Assembly (NCBI GenBank): GCA_965198915.1
Contig: CBDAQC010000002.1
Coordinates: 1,053,284-1,117,283, forward strand
Reading direction: 5' to 3'
Source: Acetobacteraceae bacterium
Lineage (GTDB): Bacteria > Pseudomonadota > Alphaproteobacteria > Acetobacterales > Acetobacteraceae
DNA: 64,000 nt
This document shows, piece after piece, positions 36,954-45,978 of the stretch; position 1 is the first letter of the stretch, and the number at the start of each line of letters is the position of its first letter. The position numbers were made by a program, and so were the translations under genes. A model generated the notes under the pieces. It was given only the letters and a program-made list of their open reading frames with translations. It was not told the origin of the DNA and searched no databases.

Positions 36954-37682
36954 TCAGCTCACGGCAGGCCCGCGGAAGACGAAGCCGCTGCCTTTCACGC
37001 TTTCGATCATCGAGGCCGCGCCCGGCACGTCTATCTTGCGCCGCAGCCGTCCGACATGCACGTCCACCAGGTTGGTCTGCGGCACGAACCTGTAATGCCA
37101 CACGTCTTCCAGCAGCATGGTCCGCGTCACCACCTGCCCCGGCCGGCGCATCAGATATTCCAGCAGCCGAAACTCCCGCGGAAGTATGTCGAGCGGCTTT
37201 CCGTTACGGCGTGCGACCCGATCGATCAGGTCGAGCTCGAAACCGCCTGCGCGCAGCACCGTCTCGCGCAGGTCGAGCGGGCGGCGCAGCAGCGCGTCCA
37301 CGCGGGCCGCGAGTTCCTCGAACGCGAACGGCTTGGTCAGGTAGTCGTCGCCGCCCGCCTTCAGACCGCGCACGCGCTCGTTGACGGCGGCTAGCGCGCT
37401 GAGCACGAGAACAGGCATGGCGGCGCCACGCTCCCGCAGCTTCTCGACAATGGCGAGGCCGTCCATGTCGGGCAGCATGCGATCCATGATCAGCAGCCCG
37501 AACTGCCGGGCGCCGGCCGCCTCCAGCGCGTGCGCGCCGTCCTGCACCCAGTCCACGTCGTAGCCGCGCACGCGCAGATCGTCGGCGATCTCGCTCGCCA
37601 TCGGCGCGTCGTCCTCGACCAGAAGCAGACGCGCCAGCACCCGCTCCTGCCCGGCACGCGCCGTCCCGATGTCCTCGCCCAT
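36954..37682 (-). CDS. OmpR/PhoB-family response regulator
   Basis: LLVEDD, IMDRMLPDMDG, GGDDYLTKPF, winged helix EFRLLEYL...TNLVDVHVGRLRRKI...GSGF. Confidence 0.93.
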   Translation of the reverse strand: MGEDIGTARAGQERVLARLLLVEDDAPMASEIADDLRVRGYDVDWVQDGAHALEAAGARQFGLLIMDRMLPDMDGLAIVEKLRERGAAMPVLVLSALAAVNERVRGLKAGGDDYLTKPFAFEELAARVDALLRRPLDLRETVLRAGGFELDLIDRVARRNGKPLDILPREFRLLEYLMRRPGQVVTRTMLLEDVWHYRFVPQTNLVDVHVGRLRRKIDVPGAASMIESVKGSGFVFRGPAVS

Positions 37683-37848
37683 TGCCGTCCGCTCCGAAGG
37701 CGAATGCATCAGGATGGGGCAGGCTGAGGCCGCGATCCATTAAACACGGAGTTAGGCGAGCGTTGCGGAGGCTGACCGGGCGTAAACTCCGGCCTGCCCC
37801 TGCTGGCGGCTAACCCCGCTTCCCGACAGGAGCGTTCCGGCCTCGGTC

Positions 37849-39636
37849 CTACTGGAACGGGAAATATCGGAAGCTGAAGAAGAACGCGTTGCTGTCCGCC
37901 TTGGGCGTAGGCCCTACTCCCTGGAAGATGTAGCGCTTCGAGTAGGCGTATTGGGTGCCCACCTGCACCGTTCCGAAATCGCCATGCAGCAGGCGATACC
38001 AGGCGCCTACCGTTCCCTGCACCACACCGGATGTGTTGCCGACGCACTCGCTGCTCGGCGCGTCCTCGATGCTGCAGCCGGCGTTGTTGTATAGCGGGTT
38101 GCCGTAGCCATAAGCCGTGACCTTCCCCTTGCTGACCGTATCCGAGTAGCGCGCCGAGACCTGGTCCGTGCCGAGATAGGCGTAGACGTCCATCTGCTGC
38201 GTGGGATGGCCGATGAGGCCGATCAGCGCCTCGTAGCCGGGCAGCGGGTCCGGCTTACCCGCGGCGTTGATCGTCGAGTCGGGGAGCTGCACCGGGTCGT
38301 AGCGGCTGATCGCACGGCCGGCCAGGCCGCTGACCTGGAAGTCCAGCAGCTTCGGAATCACGTGTATCAGGGCCGCGGCCCCGCCGCCGCCGCCGATCTC
38401 GGTGTTGTTCTCGCCCGTGCCCAACTGGCTGACGCGGTCGTTGAACACCCGGCCGATGGCGAATGCCTCCAGATGGGCCAGGTTGTAATCCGCCGTCGCC
38501 TTGACGATGACGTCCGGGGCGAAATTGTTGGAATAGACCGGTGAGCCGTTCGTCGCGCTGGTCGGGCTGGCTGCGACGGACGAAACCGTGGTGTTGCCGT
38601 TCACGCCGGTGCCGGGATTGGTGATGTTGATGGTGCTGCCGGGGATGACCGGCGTGGTGCCGCCATAGATGGTCTCCGGGTTCTCGACCGAGAGGGCGAC
38701 ATGATACTGGTCGTGCAGGAAGCTCTTGGTCAGGCGAAGCTGGGCTTGGCGGGCATAGGTGAAGCCGGGCACGTAGTTAGGATCGATCGTCTGGGGCGGA
38801 TTGACGTTGAGCGGGTCCATGCCGACCCGGTTCATCGTCAGCAGCGACCAGGCCTGTCCGGCCAGCACCTCGAAGCCCCAATCGCTCCTGTCATAGGCCA
38901 CCCAGGCTTCGCGTATGCGCGGCGTCCAGCTGTTGCTTTCGTTGGAGTTCGCCGTGGTCGCCGCGCCCTGGAAGTCGATCGCGAGATAGGACCGCAGCTC
39001 GGTATCCTCGTCCGGGCTGGCGGTTGCCAGGCCGGTCAGGCGGCTAGTGCGCGCGCTGAACACCAACTCGCCCTCGTGATGCAGCGGCGAGTTCGCCAGT
39101 GGGATGCCGCTGGTGTAATTGGATTGAATGTCCTCCACGCTGTTGCGCGACCGATACACACCGTCGCCGGTGAGGTATCCGCCGAGTTGCACGTTAATAG
39201 CGCCGATCTGGAAGCTGCCCTGGTGCAGCTTCGGCGGCGGCTGGACAGGCACCAGCGTCAGCGCGCCCGTGGCAGAGCCCGGCGCCGCGGGAAGCAGGGC
39301 GTAGCCGGCCGGGATCTGCGGCGTCAGCGGCAATGGCTGCGAGGCGGGCGGCGTAGGCGCCTGGACGGGACTGGCCGGCCGCCTGCGGTCCTGTTCGGCC
39401 TCCTGCAGCTTCAGCCGGCGTAGCTCGGCCTTCAGCGCCCTGAGCTGCTGCTCGACGGACTGCATCTGCGCGTCCGAGACCTGTGCCCGCGCCTGGCCGC
39501 ATTGCAGGACCAGAACCGCCATCGCGGCGCCTGCTGCCAAAGCCGCCCGGTTGGGGCGCGCGTGCCCAAGCCGGCCAGCGGCCCGGGCAACGCCGGTCCT
39601 GCCGCTTGTGGCCGCTCGCGCCGTGCTTGAAGCCAT
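37849..39636 (-). CDS. Outer-membrane porin with N-terminal coiled coil (DcaP-like), paralog 2
   Basis: Clear paralog of 33076-34809 (TPQIPAGYAL, GAINVQLGG, TNPGTGVNGNTTVSSVAA, YSNNFAPDVI); ends FFSFRYFPFQ. Confidence 0.75.
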   Translation of the reverse strand: MASSTARAATSGRTGVARAAGRLGHARPNRAALAAGAAMAVLVLQCGQARAQVSDAQMQSVEQQLRALKAELRRLKLQEAEQDRRRPASPVQAPTPPASQPLPLTPQIPAGYALLPAAPGSATGALTLVPVQPPPKLHQGSFQIGAINVQLGGYLTGDGVYRSRNSVEDIQSNYTSGIPLANSPLHHEGELVFSARTSRLTGLATASPDEDTELRSYLAIDFQGAATTANSNESNSWTPRIREAWVAYDRSDWGFEVLAGQAWSLLTMNRVGMDPLNVNPPQTIDPNYVPGFTYARQAQLRLTKSFLHDQYHVALSVENPETIYGGTTPVIPGSTINITNPGTGVNGNTTVSSVAASPTSATNGSPVYSNNFAPDVIVKATADYNLAHLEAFAIGRVFNDRVSQLGTGENNTEIGGGGGAAALIHVIPKLLDFQVSGLAGRAISRYDPVQLPDSTINAAGKPDPLPGYEALIGLIGHPTQQMDVYAYLGTDQVSARYSDTVSKGKVTAYGYGNPLYNNAGCSIEDAPSSECVGNTSGVVQGTVGAWYRLLHGDFGTVQVGTQYAYSKRYIFQGVGPTPKADSNAFFFSFRYFPFQ

Positions 39637-39819
39637 CTGTGTCTTCCAGAATTACAGCCGAATTGCCGGCGGTTGCACCAGGTCTGGCCCGTCGCTGACA
39701 GGCCGGAACGATACAGCCATTTCAATCCACACTGGTCAACTAGGAATAAAGCAAGACGCCGCCTTCTGTGTTCTGCCGGCCACCGGCGAGCCGAAACGTC
39801 GCGGCGTGCCGGCTGCGCG

Positions 39820-40440
39820 TCAGCTTGGCCGGGCCATCATGGGCGGCGCGAACAACTCCGGCGTGAGGACGGGCGCGGTGTCTATGTCGGCCAGGGTCAG
39901 TTCCAGCGTCCGGTGGTAGGGATCGGTCACCGACACGCCGAGCAGACGGAGCGGGTGGTCCGCCATCTGCAGCGTCAGGCTGCCCTGCCCGGCCGCGCCG
40001 GTCTTGCTCAGCGAAACCTGCAATGACGTGCCCTGGTGCACCAGGGAGTCGACCGTCACGTCGCCATCAAGGTGGATTTCCGGCGCCAGCAGGATGCCCA
40101 GCGGCGTGCGCGATAGCGGTTGCGTGGTTAACGCGCCGTTGCTGCGGTCCAGGATGCGCACCCGCCCGCCGCTGATCACCATCACCCGCGCGCCCGGCCC
40201 CTGGTAGTCCAGCCGCAGATGTCCCGGCCGGTCCAGCCACACCAGCCCCGCCGCCGTCCCGTAATCGCCGGTCTGCAGGAAATGCGCCTCGAAGCGCGGC
40301 ATCGCGTTCAGGTAGGCGGTGATCCGCGCGAGGTCGGACTGATCATTCCGGGACAGGACGGGCGCTGTCCTGGTCATGCAGCCGGAGGCCGCCAAGGCCA
40401 CCGCCAGCCAGGTGAAGGCTTTCGATCCAGGCCGCTTCAT
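39820..40440 (-). CDS. lolA: LolA-family lipoprotein carrier-like protein
   Basis: ITAYLN...FEAHFLQ...LDRPGHLRLDY...PLSRTPLGILL...VTDP...LF. Its ATG overlaps the glk stop (ATGA). The N-terminus has LAASGC. Confidence 0.75.
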   Translation of the reverse strand: MKRPGSKAFTWLAVALAASGCMTRTAPVLSRNDQSDLARITAYLNAMPRFEAHFLQTGDYGTAAGLVWLDRPGHLRLDYQGPGARVMVISGGRVRILDRSNGALTTQPLSRTPLGILLAPEIHLDGDVTVDSLVHQGTSLQVSLSKTGAAGQGSLTLQMADHPLRLLGVSVTDPYHRTLELTLADIDTAPVLTPELFAPPMMARPS

Positions 40441-41405
40441 GTCGTGTGCTCCTTGGCGAACGCCGCGGCCGCCCCGAACAGGCCTGGTTCGGGATGGGTG
40501 ATCAGCTTCACCGGCACCCCGGCCAGCATCGGCTCCATGCGTCCCTTGGCGCGGAAACGCGCGGCGAAGCCGCTGCCCGGCAGCTTGGCAGCCAGACGGG
40601 CGCCCACCCCGCCGGCCAGCACCACGCCGTGCGCCCCCTGCGCCAAAGCGATGTCGCCGGCCAGGCTGCCGAGGCACAGGCAGAACCGGTCCAGTGCCGC
40701 TACTGCCAGCCGGTCCGTTCCGCTGAGGGCCGCCTGCCACAGATCCTTGACGTCGCGCTGGGGCGGCGTCTCGCCCTCCTGCTCCGCCAGGAACGCGTGG
40801 ATATGCGCCAGGCCAGGGCCGGAGACGATACGCTCGGCGGACACCCTGTCGAAGTCCCGGCGCAACCGGGCCAGGAGGCAGTCCTCCAGCGGGTCGACCG
40901 GCGCCCAGCCGATATGGCCGCCTTCCGTCTCCATCACCTGATAGCCGGTGGCGCCGCGCAGCACATGGGCCACGCCCAGTCCGGTGCCTGGCCCCACCAC
41001 GCCTATCACGCCCACCACGGGCAGCGGCACGTCCGGCCCGGCGATGCGCTCCAGATAGTGTTCGGGAAGCTGCGCCACCGCGTGGCCCACCGCGCCGAAA
41101 TCGTTGATCAGCGTCATACGCTCCAGCCCCAGCTCCTGCGCCAGCAAAGCCGGCTGCAGGACCCAGGTGCTGTTGGTCAGCTTCAACGCCGCGCCGGCAA
41201 TGGGCGAGGCGATCGCCAGCGCGGCGGAAGCGGGCAGCTTCTGGCCAGCTCTCGACGCGTAGTCGGCCCAGGCCGCCACGATACCGTCGTAATCGCCCGT
41301 GTGCAGCGTCACCGGCTCGCCCAGCCCGGTCACCCGGCCAGCGACCACGCTCGCCAGGGCAAAGCGTACATGCGTCCCGCCGAGATCCACGCAAACGAGG
41401 TCCAA
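40437..41405 (-). CDS. glk: Glucokinase
   Basis: VDLGGTHVRFA, LTNSTW, LINDFGA, GPGTGLGVA, TEGGH, VSAERIVSGPGL, GVVLAGG. Confidence 0.93.
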   Translation of the reverse strand: MDLVCVDLGGTHVRFALASVVAGRVTGLGEPVTLHTGDYDGIVAAWADYASRAGQKLPASAALAIASPIAGAALKLTNSTWVLQPALLAQELGLERMTLINDFGAVGHAVAQLPEHYLERIAGPDVPLPVVGVIGVVGPGTGLGVAHVLRGATGYQVMETEGGHIGWAPVDPLEDCLLARLRRDFDRVSAERIVSGPGLAHIHAFLAEQEGETPPQRDVKDLWQAALSGTDRLAVAALDRFCLCLGSLAGDIALAQGAHGVVLAGGVGARLAAKLPGSGFAARFRAKGRMEPMLAGVPVKLITHPEPGLFGAAAAFAKEHTT

Positions 41406-41551
41406 ACCCCTAGCCTCCCAGGTTAGTCGATTCTGCTTTACGTCACCCTCCAGCGGCCCGCCAGAAGGGGCAAGGTTGCGTTTGCCGGGGCGCTGCGGTT
41501 ATGACCTACCGGATGTTGGATGGCCTCAAGACCACCATCGGGGGGACGGGT

Positions 41552-41977
41552 ATGCGGGCGGCGGCTCTCTGCCTCTGGTCCGTGCTCTTCGGTTTCCACC
41601 CTGCGACAGCAGCACCGCCACCGCAGCAGGAGCTTGCCGGCCCGTCCCGGGACTCCGGCACGGCCCAGCCGAGCGTGCGTCCGGCAATGGCCGAGCACGA
41701 GGCGGAGCGGCTGCCGTCCGTGGTGTTCGCGCCCGGTTCCGCCCGGCTGACGCCGAGTGCGACGCGGCTACTCGACAGTTTCGGACGATCCCTGGCCGAT
41801 GACAGGCTGCGGCTGGATTGCCGCTCCGGGGCGGACCGCGACCTGGCGGGACGGCGGGCCGATGCGGTGGCCGGCTACCTGGAACAGAATTTCGGCGTGC
41901 CGCGCGAGCGCATACAGGTGGTGATCGCGGGCAAGGTGGACGACCGGCGGGTTGCCCTGGAAGATCTGGGGCAGTGA
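41552..41977 (+). CDS. Small exported OmpA-like domain protein
   Basis: Signal peptide, VVFAPGSARLTP, LAGRRADAVAGYL..FGVPRERI. Confidence 0.7.
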   Translation: MRAAALCLWSVLFGFHPATAAPPPQQELAGPSRDSGTAQPSVRPAMAEHEAERLPSVVFAPGSARLTPSATRLLDSFGRSLADDRLRLDCRSGADRDLAGRRADAVAGYLEQNFGVPRERIQVVIAGKVDDRRVALEDLGQ

Positions 41978-41984
41978 AGTGAGC

Positions 41985-42122
41985 CAGGGGTTTCGCCCCT
42001 GGACCCCGCACGTCCGTTCGAAACTCGCTTGGCGGCCACCTAAAGTCCGCTCCGCTGCGACACGCATCCTAAAAAGGGGTCTGGGGCCAAGGCCCCAGCG
42101 GGGTTTGGGGCAGAGCCCCAAC
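41985..42122. repeat. Family-2 palindromic element (copy B)
   Basis: GCCAGGGGTTTCGCCCCTGGACCCCGC ... GGGTCTGGGGCCAAGGCCC...GGGGTTTGGGGCAGAGCCCCAAC shares both ends with copy A. Lies between convergent genes. Confidence 0.8.
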
Positions 42123-42139
42123 CTTGCCTCCGCCCAGAA

Positions 42140-43402
42140 CTAAGTCAGCCCGCTCGCCACATCCCGCAACACCCGCGCCGCGCGCCAGACATCCTCGTAG
42201 CCCACGTAGAGCGGCGTCATGCCGAACCTCAGCACATCCGGGTCGCGATAATCGCCAATGACACCGCGGGCGATCAGCGCCTCCATTACCGCCTGCGCGT
42301 GCGGGTGCGCGAAGGAGACGTGGCTGCCGCGTGCGTCCGCCGCGCGTGGGGTCAGAAGGGTCAGCCCTGCGCCAGCGCAGCCGGCCTCCACGCACGCGAT
42401 GAAGAACGTGCATAGCCCGGCCGATTTGCGGGCGAGCGCGGCCGGGTCGGCCTCCAGCGCCAGGTCCACGCCACATTCCAGCGCGGCCAGGCTCACGATC
42501 GGCGGGGTGCCGCAGAGGAATCTGCGTATGCCGTCCGCGGGCACGTAGCCGGCGCTGAACGCGAACGGCGTGGCGTGGCCCATCCAGCCGGTCAGCGGCG
42601 AAACCAAAGCCGGTTGCAGGTCACGCGCGACATAGAGGAACGCCGGCGCGCCCGGGCCACCGTTGAGGTATTTGTAGCCGCAGCCCACCGCGAGCTGCAC
42701 GCCGGCCGCGTTCAGGTCCAGCCCGACTGCCCCGGTGCTATGCGCGAGGTCCCAGACGACCAGCGCGCCTTTGGCCTGCAACGTTGCAGTCATCGAAGCC
42801 AGGTCGAAGCGCTCGCCCGTCTTGTAGTGCACATGCGTGAGCAGCACGATGGTCTCCGCGCCGGCGGCCGCGAGGATGTCCTGCCGCGGCAGCGTGCGGA
42901 CGACCACATCTTGCGGCCCGGCCGCCAGGCCCTGGGCGATGTAGAGGTCTGTCGGGAAGTTGCCTTCCTCTGAGAGGATGACACGGCGGCGCGGGGCGGC
43001 CGCCAGGGCTGCGAATAGCAGCTTGTAGAGGTTGACAGAGGTCGAGTCGGCGACGATCACCTCGTCATCTTGCGCGCCGATGAGGCGGGCGATCTTGGCG
43101 CCCACGCGCTGGGGCGCGTCCATCCAGCCAGCAGCCTGCCAACTGCGTATCAGCTCCTGACCCCACTCCTCCTGCAGCACGCGCGCCACGTAGTCCGGGG
43201 TGGCCTTCGGCAGCGCGCCCAGCGAGTTGCCATCGAGGTAGATCACCCCTTCCGGCAGGGCGAAGCGATCGCGGAAGGACGCGAGGCTGTCTTGCGCATC
43301 GCGTGCGCGCGCCTCTTGCAGGCTCGTCAGGCGGTCTGCCGTGTCCGGGACCTCTGGTTCAGGGTCACGCCTGTTGGCTGAGGTCGCGGCGGCCTGTTCC
43401 AT
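42140..43402 (-). CDS. kynU: Kynureninase
   Basis: IYLDGNSLGALP, WDLAHSTGA, GCGYKYLNGGPGAPAFLYV, GWMGH, RGSHVS, GVIGDYR, RFGMTPLY. Confidence 0.93.
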   Translation of the reverse strand: MEQAAATSANRRDPEPEVPDTADRLTSLQEARARDAQDSLASFRDRFALPEGVIYLDGNSLGALPKATPDYVARVLQEEWGQELIRSWQAAGWMDAPQRVGAKIARLIGAQDDEVIVADSTSVNLYKLLFAALAAAPRRRVILSEEGNFPTDLYIAQGLAAGPQDVVVRTLPRQDILAAAGAETIVLLTHVHYKTGERFDLASMTATLQAKGALVVWDLAHSTGAVGLDLNAAGVQLAVGCGYKYLNGGPGAPAFLYVARDLQPALVSPLTGWMGHATPFAFSAGYVPADGIRRFLCGTPPIVSLAALECGVDLALEADPAALARKSAGLCTFFIACVEAGCAGAGLTLLTPRAADARGSHVSFAHPHAQAVMEALIARGVIGDYRDPDVLRFGMTPLYVGYEDVWRAARVLRDVASGLT

Positions 43403-43506
43403 GAGGGTGGCATACAGGCTGGCGGGCGGACGGAGAAGCCCGTCTAATTTTGCAGAAAAGAGGCAGAATATTGCACCGCGAAGTGGGCCGTGTCAGGCAG
43501 CCATGT

Positions 43507-43758
43507 TCAGGCCGTCAATCCATTTGCGGAAGTAACCACGCGCGTGCTGCGCGTGCGGCGAAGCACGCGGGACAGGGTCACGCCGGCGCTTAGCCACAGC
43601 ACAGGCAGTCCGACCAGACCAGCAGCGGCGCAGCAAGGCACGACAGTATCGAAGTTGCAGCCTGCCAGGCTGGCGGCTGCCCCGCTGCAAACGCCGGACG
43701 CCAGTCCGATGCCGGCCAGTTCAAGAACGCCCAATGTAAAAACCTTGTTCTGCGCCAT
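43507..43758 (-). CDS. Small Cys-containing hydrophobic hypothetical protein (83 aa)
   Basis: AGGA RBS before the ATG, hydrophobic Gly/Ala-rich segments and a basic tail; no family recognised. Confidence 0.4.
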   Translation of the reverse strand: MAQNKVFTLGVLELAGIGLASGVCSGAAASLAGCNFDTVVPCCAAAGLVGLPVLWLSAGVTLSRVLRRTRSTRVVTSANGLTA

Positions 43759-43800
43759 GGGAACATCCTGATCAAGCAGAGCGGCAACGCGGAGGTGGAA

Positions 43801-43825
43801 CGGCCCGCCGCATAGCGGCGGGCCG
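43801..43825 (-). terminator. Probable intrinsic terminator stem after the PEP-CTERM gene
   Basis: Perfect 11-bp stem CGGCCCGCCGC-ATA-GCGGCGGGCCG, 7 bp after the stop; short U-tract. Confidence 0.55.
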
Positions 43826-43832
43826 GCAGGCT

Positions 43833-44471
43833 TCAGGCGGCAGTGCGACGGCGGCGCTTCATCACGAGACCGACGAGGCCGGCGCCGAGCAGCGTCAGCG
43901 AAGCAGGCTCTGGCACGCCGACCGCGCGGCCGAGCGTCGGCACGGCGACGGAGTCGATGTTGGACGCCTCCGTGTCGTTCGTGGCAGTGCCGGGCGCGTA
44001 TTTCTGCAACTGCGCGTCCTGGTCGTCGGCGAAGATCGCGTACGGGCCGGTGCTTTTGGTGAACAGGGTGAAGGTGCCAAGGTCGCCGGCCTGGCCGCCC
44101 AGCGCGGCGCCGTTAGTGGTAGCGCCGGTGTAGGTGGCGCGCACGTCGTCGATGCTCGCGTTGTTGTTCGGCGCTTCCGCCTGCGCGTAAGTGGTCAGAT
44201 TCTTGTTCAGCGCGAACGTCCAGCTTCCTGCGTTCACGAGATTGTCCGACTTCAGTGATCCGGCGCCGAAATCATACAGCGTGAAGAAAACGGCCGATGT
44301 GCTCGGGTTGATTTCTTCATCGGACGAGAGGGTTGCGCTATACGTGTAGTCGAAGCCGCCCGTCACCGCGACAGGATTGCCGACGAGCGAGATGATGATG
44401 CTCGCCTGCGCCGGCGCGGCGGACGCGACGAAACCCAGGCCGATCGCGGCCGCCATTAAGTAGTTCCGCAT
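43833..44471 (-). CDS. PEP-CTERM sorting domain surface protein
   Basis: Signal peptide, Thr/Ser/Asn-rich body, C-terminal VPEPASLTLLGAGLVGLVMKRRRR. ATG at 44471 after GGGGAAAG. Confidence 0.9.
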   Translation of the reverse strand: MRNYLMAAAIGLGFVASAAPAQASIIISLVGNPVAVTGGFDYTYSATLSSDEEINPSTSAVFFTLYDFGAGSLKSDNLVNAGSWTFALNKNLTTYAQAEAPNNNASIDDVRATYTGATTNGAALGGQAGDLGTFTLFTKSTGPYAIFADDQDAQLQKYAPGTATNDTEASNIDSVAVPTLGRAVGVPEPASLTLLGAGLVGLVMKRRRRTAA

Positions 44472-44802
44472 TTTACTTTCCCCAGCAAATATTGTTAACA
44501 GCTGCTGAGTATTCAGCGGCCGGATCTTATGAAGTGCCGGCGTACGTTTATATTCCGTTCGCCGTCTAAGCTTCATACATCGGAACGCACCATTACGAAA
44601 CTAGTGGCATAACGCAGGCGGAAACACGTTTAGTTTACGTGCACCTCCGAAATAACGTGAAACTACTACCAATCAGCTTAAGTGAAAAAGTAAATGCCAT
44701 TGCAAGTCGCATCATGTATTTGCCGGCGACTTGAAGATGTAAATTTCATCAGACAGCACAACTACGGATTGTGCGCTATCCGGACTTGCAGCCTGCGTTG
44801 CT

Positions 44803-45978
44803 TCAGCCGGCGGCGCGGCCGGTCAGCTGTTGCCGAACATGTGAACCTTCCGTCAGCCGGGAGGCACCGTCAGTGACCACAACCTGCCCGGGGGACAGCC
44901 CCGAAGAGATTACCGCCACCTGTTCGTCCTGGCGCGCGACTGTCACGGGGTGGCGGGTGGCGGTGTCATGATCCAGCGTAAACACGAACGCGCCCTGCGG
45001 CCCGCGCTGCACCGCGGCGGTGGGCACCGTGATCACCCCGTGATCCACCCGCAGTGAAAGCCGGACGTTGACGAACGCGCCGGGCCACAGGCGCAGCGCC
45101 GGGTTGGGGAAGATCGCCTTCAGCTTGATGGTGCCGGTGTTCTGGTCCACCTCGTTGTCCAGCACCGCCACCCGGCCGCGATCGAGCACCGGCGGGGATG
45201 CGCCCGCCTCACTCTCTCCACCTTCCTGCGGTAGGGCTTCCACCTCGGCGCCACCCTGCGGCCTGGCCGCCTCTATCGCGGCCACCACCTGCGGCAGCGT
45301 CTGCTGCGGCAAGGTGAACACAACGCTGATCGGCCGCAGCGTGGTGACCACGGTCAGCGGTGTCACGTCCGTGCTGTGCACCAGGTTGCCCACGTCCACC
45401 TGGCGTATGCCGGTCCGTCCGTCCACCGGCGCGCGTATCGTGGTGTAGCTGAGGTTGGTCTGCGCGCTGTCGATCTGCGCCTGGTCCTGCCTGATGATCG
45501 CCTGGTCCTGCGCCACCAGGGAGCGTTGCGTGTCCGCCTGCTGCGCCGTGGTGTACTGGGTCTTTGCCAGCTTGTCGTAGCGCGCCAGGTCACGCTCCAC
45601 GTTGGACAAGGTCGCCTCGTCCTGCGCCTTCTTCGCCACCGCCTGATCATAGGCCGCCTGGTAGGTGCGCGCGTCGATGCGCGCCAGCACGTCGCCGGCA
45701 TGCACCTCCTGGCCTTCGCGGAAATGTATCTCGGTAAGCGGCCCGTCCACATTCGGGTGAATATTGACCGTGTTCAGCGCCTGCACCGTGCCTATGCCGT
45801 CCACCGTCAGCGGAACGTCCTGCACCCGCGCCTGCGCGGTGCTTACCGGGATCGACGTGTCTGACGCGGCCGGGCCGGCCGGCTTGCTGCCGGTGCGCAG
45901 CTTCACCAGCCCCACGATCGCCAGCACCACGACGGCGATCACGGCCGCCACGACCAGGCCACGCAGGAAGCGCTTCAT
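44803..45978 (-). CDS. MdtA-like efflux RND periplasmic adaptor
   Basis: GIGTVQALNTVNIHP.VDG.L, FREGQEV..GDVLARID, TIRAPVDGRTGIRQVDVGNLV, DQNTGTIKLKA, LWPGAFVNVRL. Confidence 0.9.
   Translation of the reverse strand: MKRFLRGLVVAAVIAVVVLAIVGLVKLRTGSKPAGPAASDTSIPVSTAQARVQDVPLTVDGIGTVQALNTVNIHPNVDGPLTEIHFREGQEVHAGDVLARIDARTYQAAYDQAVAKKAQDEATLSNVERDLARYDKLAKTQYTTAQQADTQRSLVAQDQAIIRQDQAQIDSAQTNLSYTTIRAPVDGRTGIRQVDVGNLVHSTDVTPLTVVTTLRPISVVFTLPQQTLPQVVAAIEAARPQGGAEVEALPQEGGESEAGASPPVLDRGRVAVLDNEVDQNTGTIKLKAIFPNPALRLWPGAFVNVRLSLRVDHGVITVPTAAVQRGPQGAFVFTLDHDTATRHPVTVARQDEQVAVISSGLSPGQVVVTDGASRLTEGSHVRQQLTGRAAG

Noticed and set aside
44472-44800. Sigma-54 promoter or CtrA box for the PEP-CTERM gene
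   Set aside because: No correctly spaced GG-N10-GC (TGGCAC...TTGC) or TTAA-N7-TTAA found by eye.
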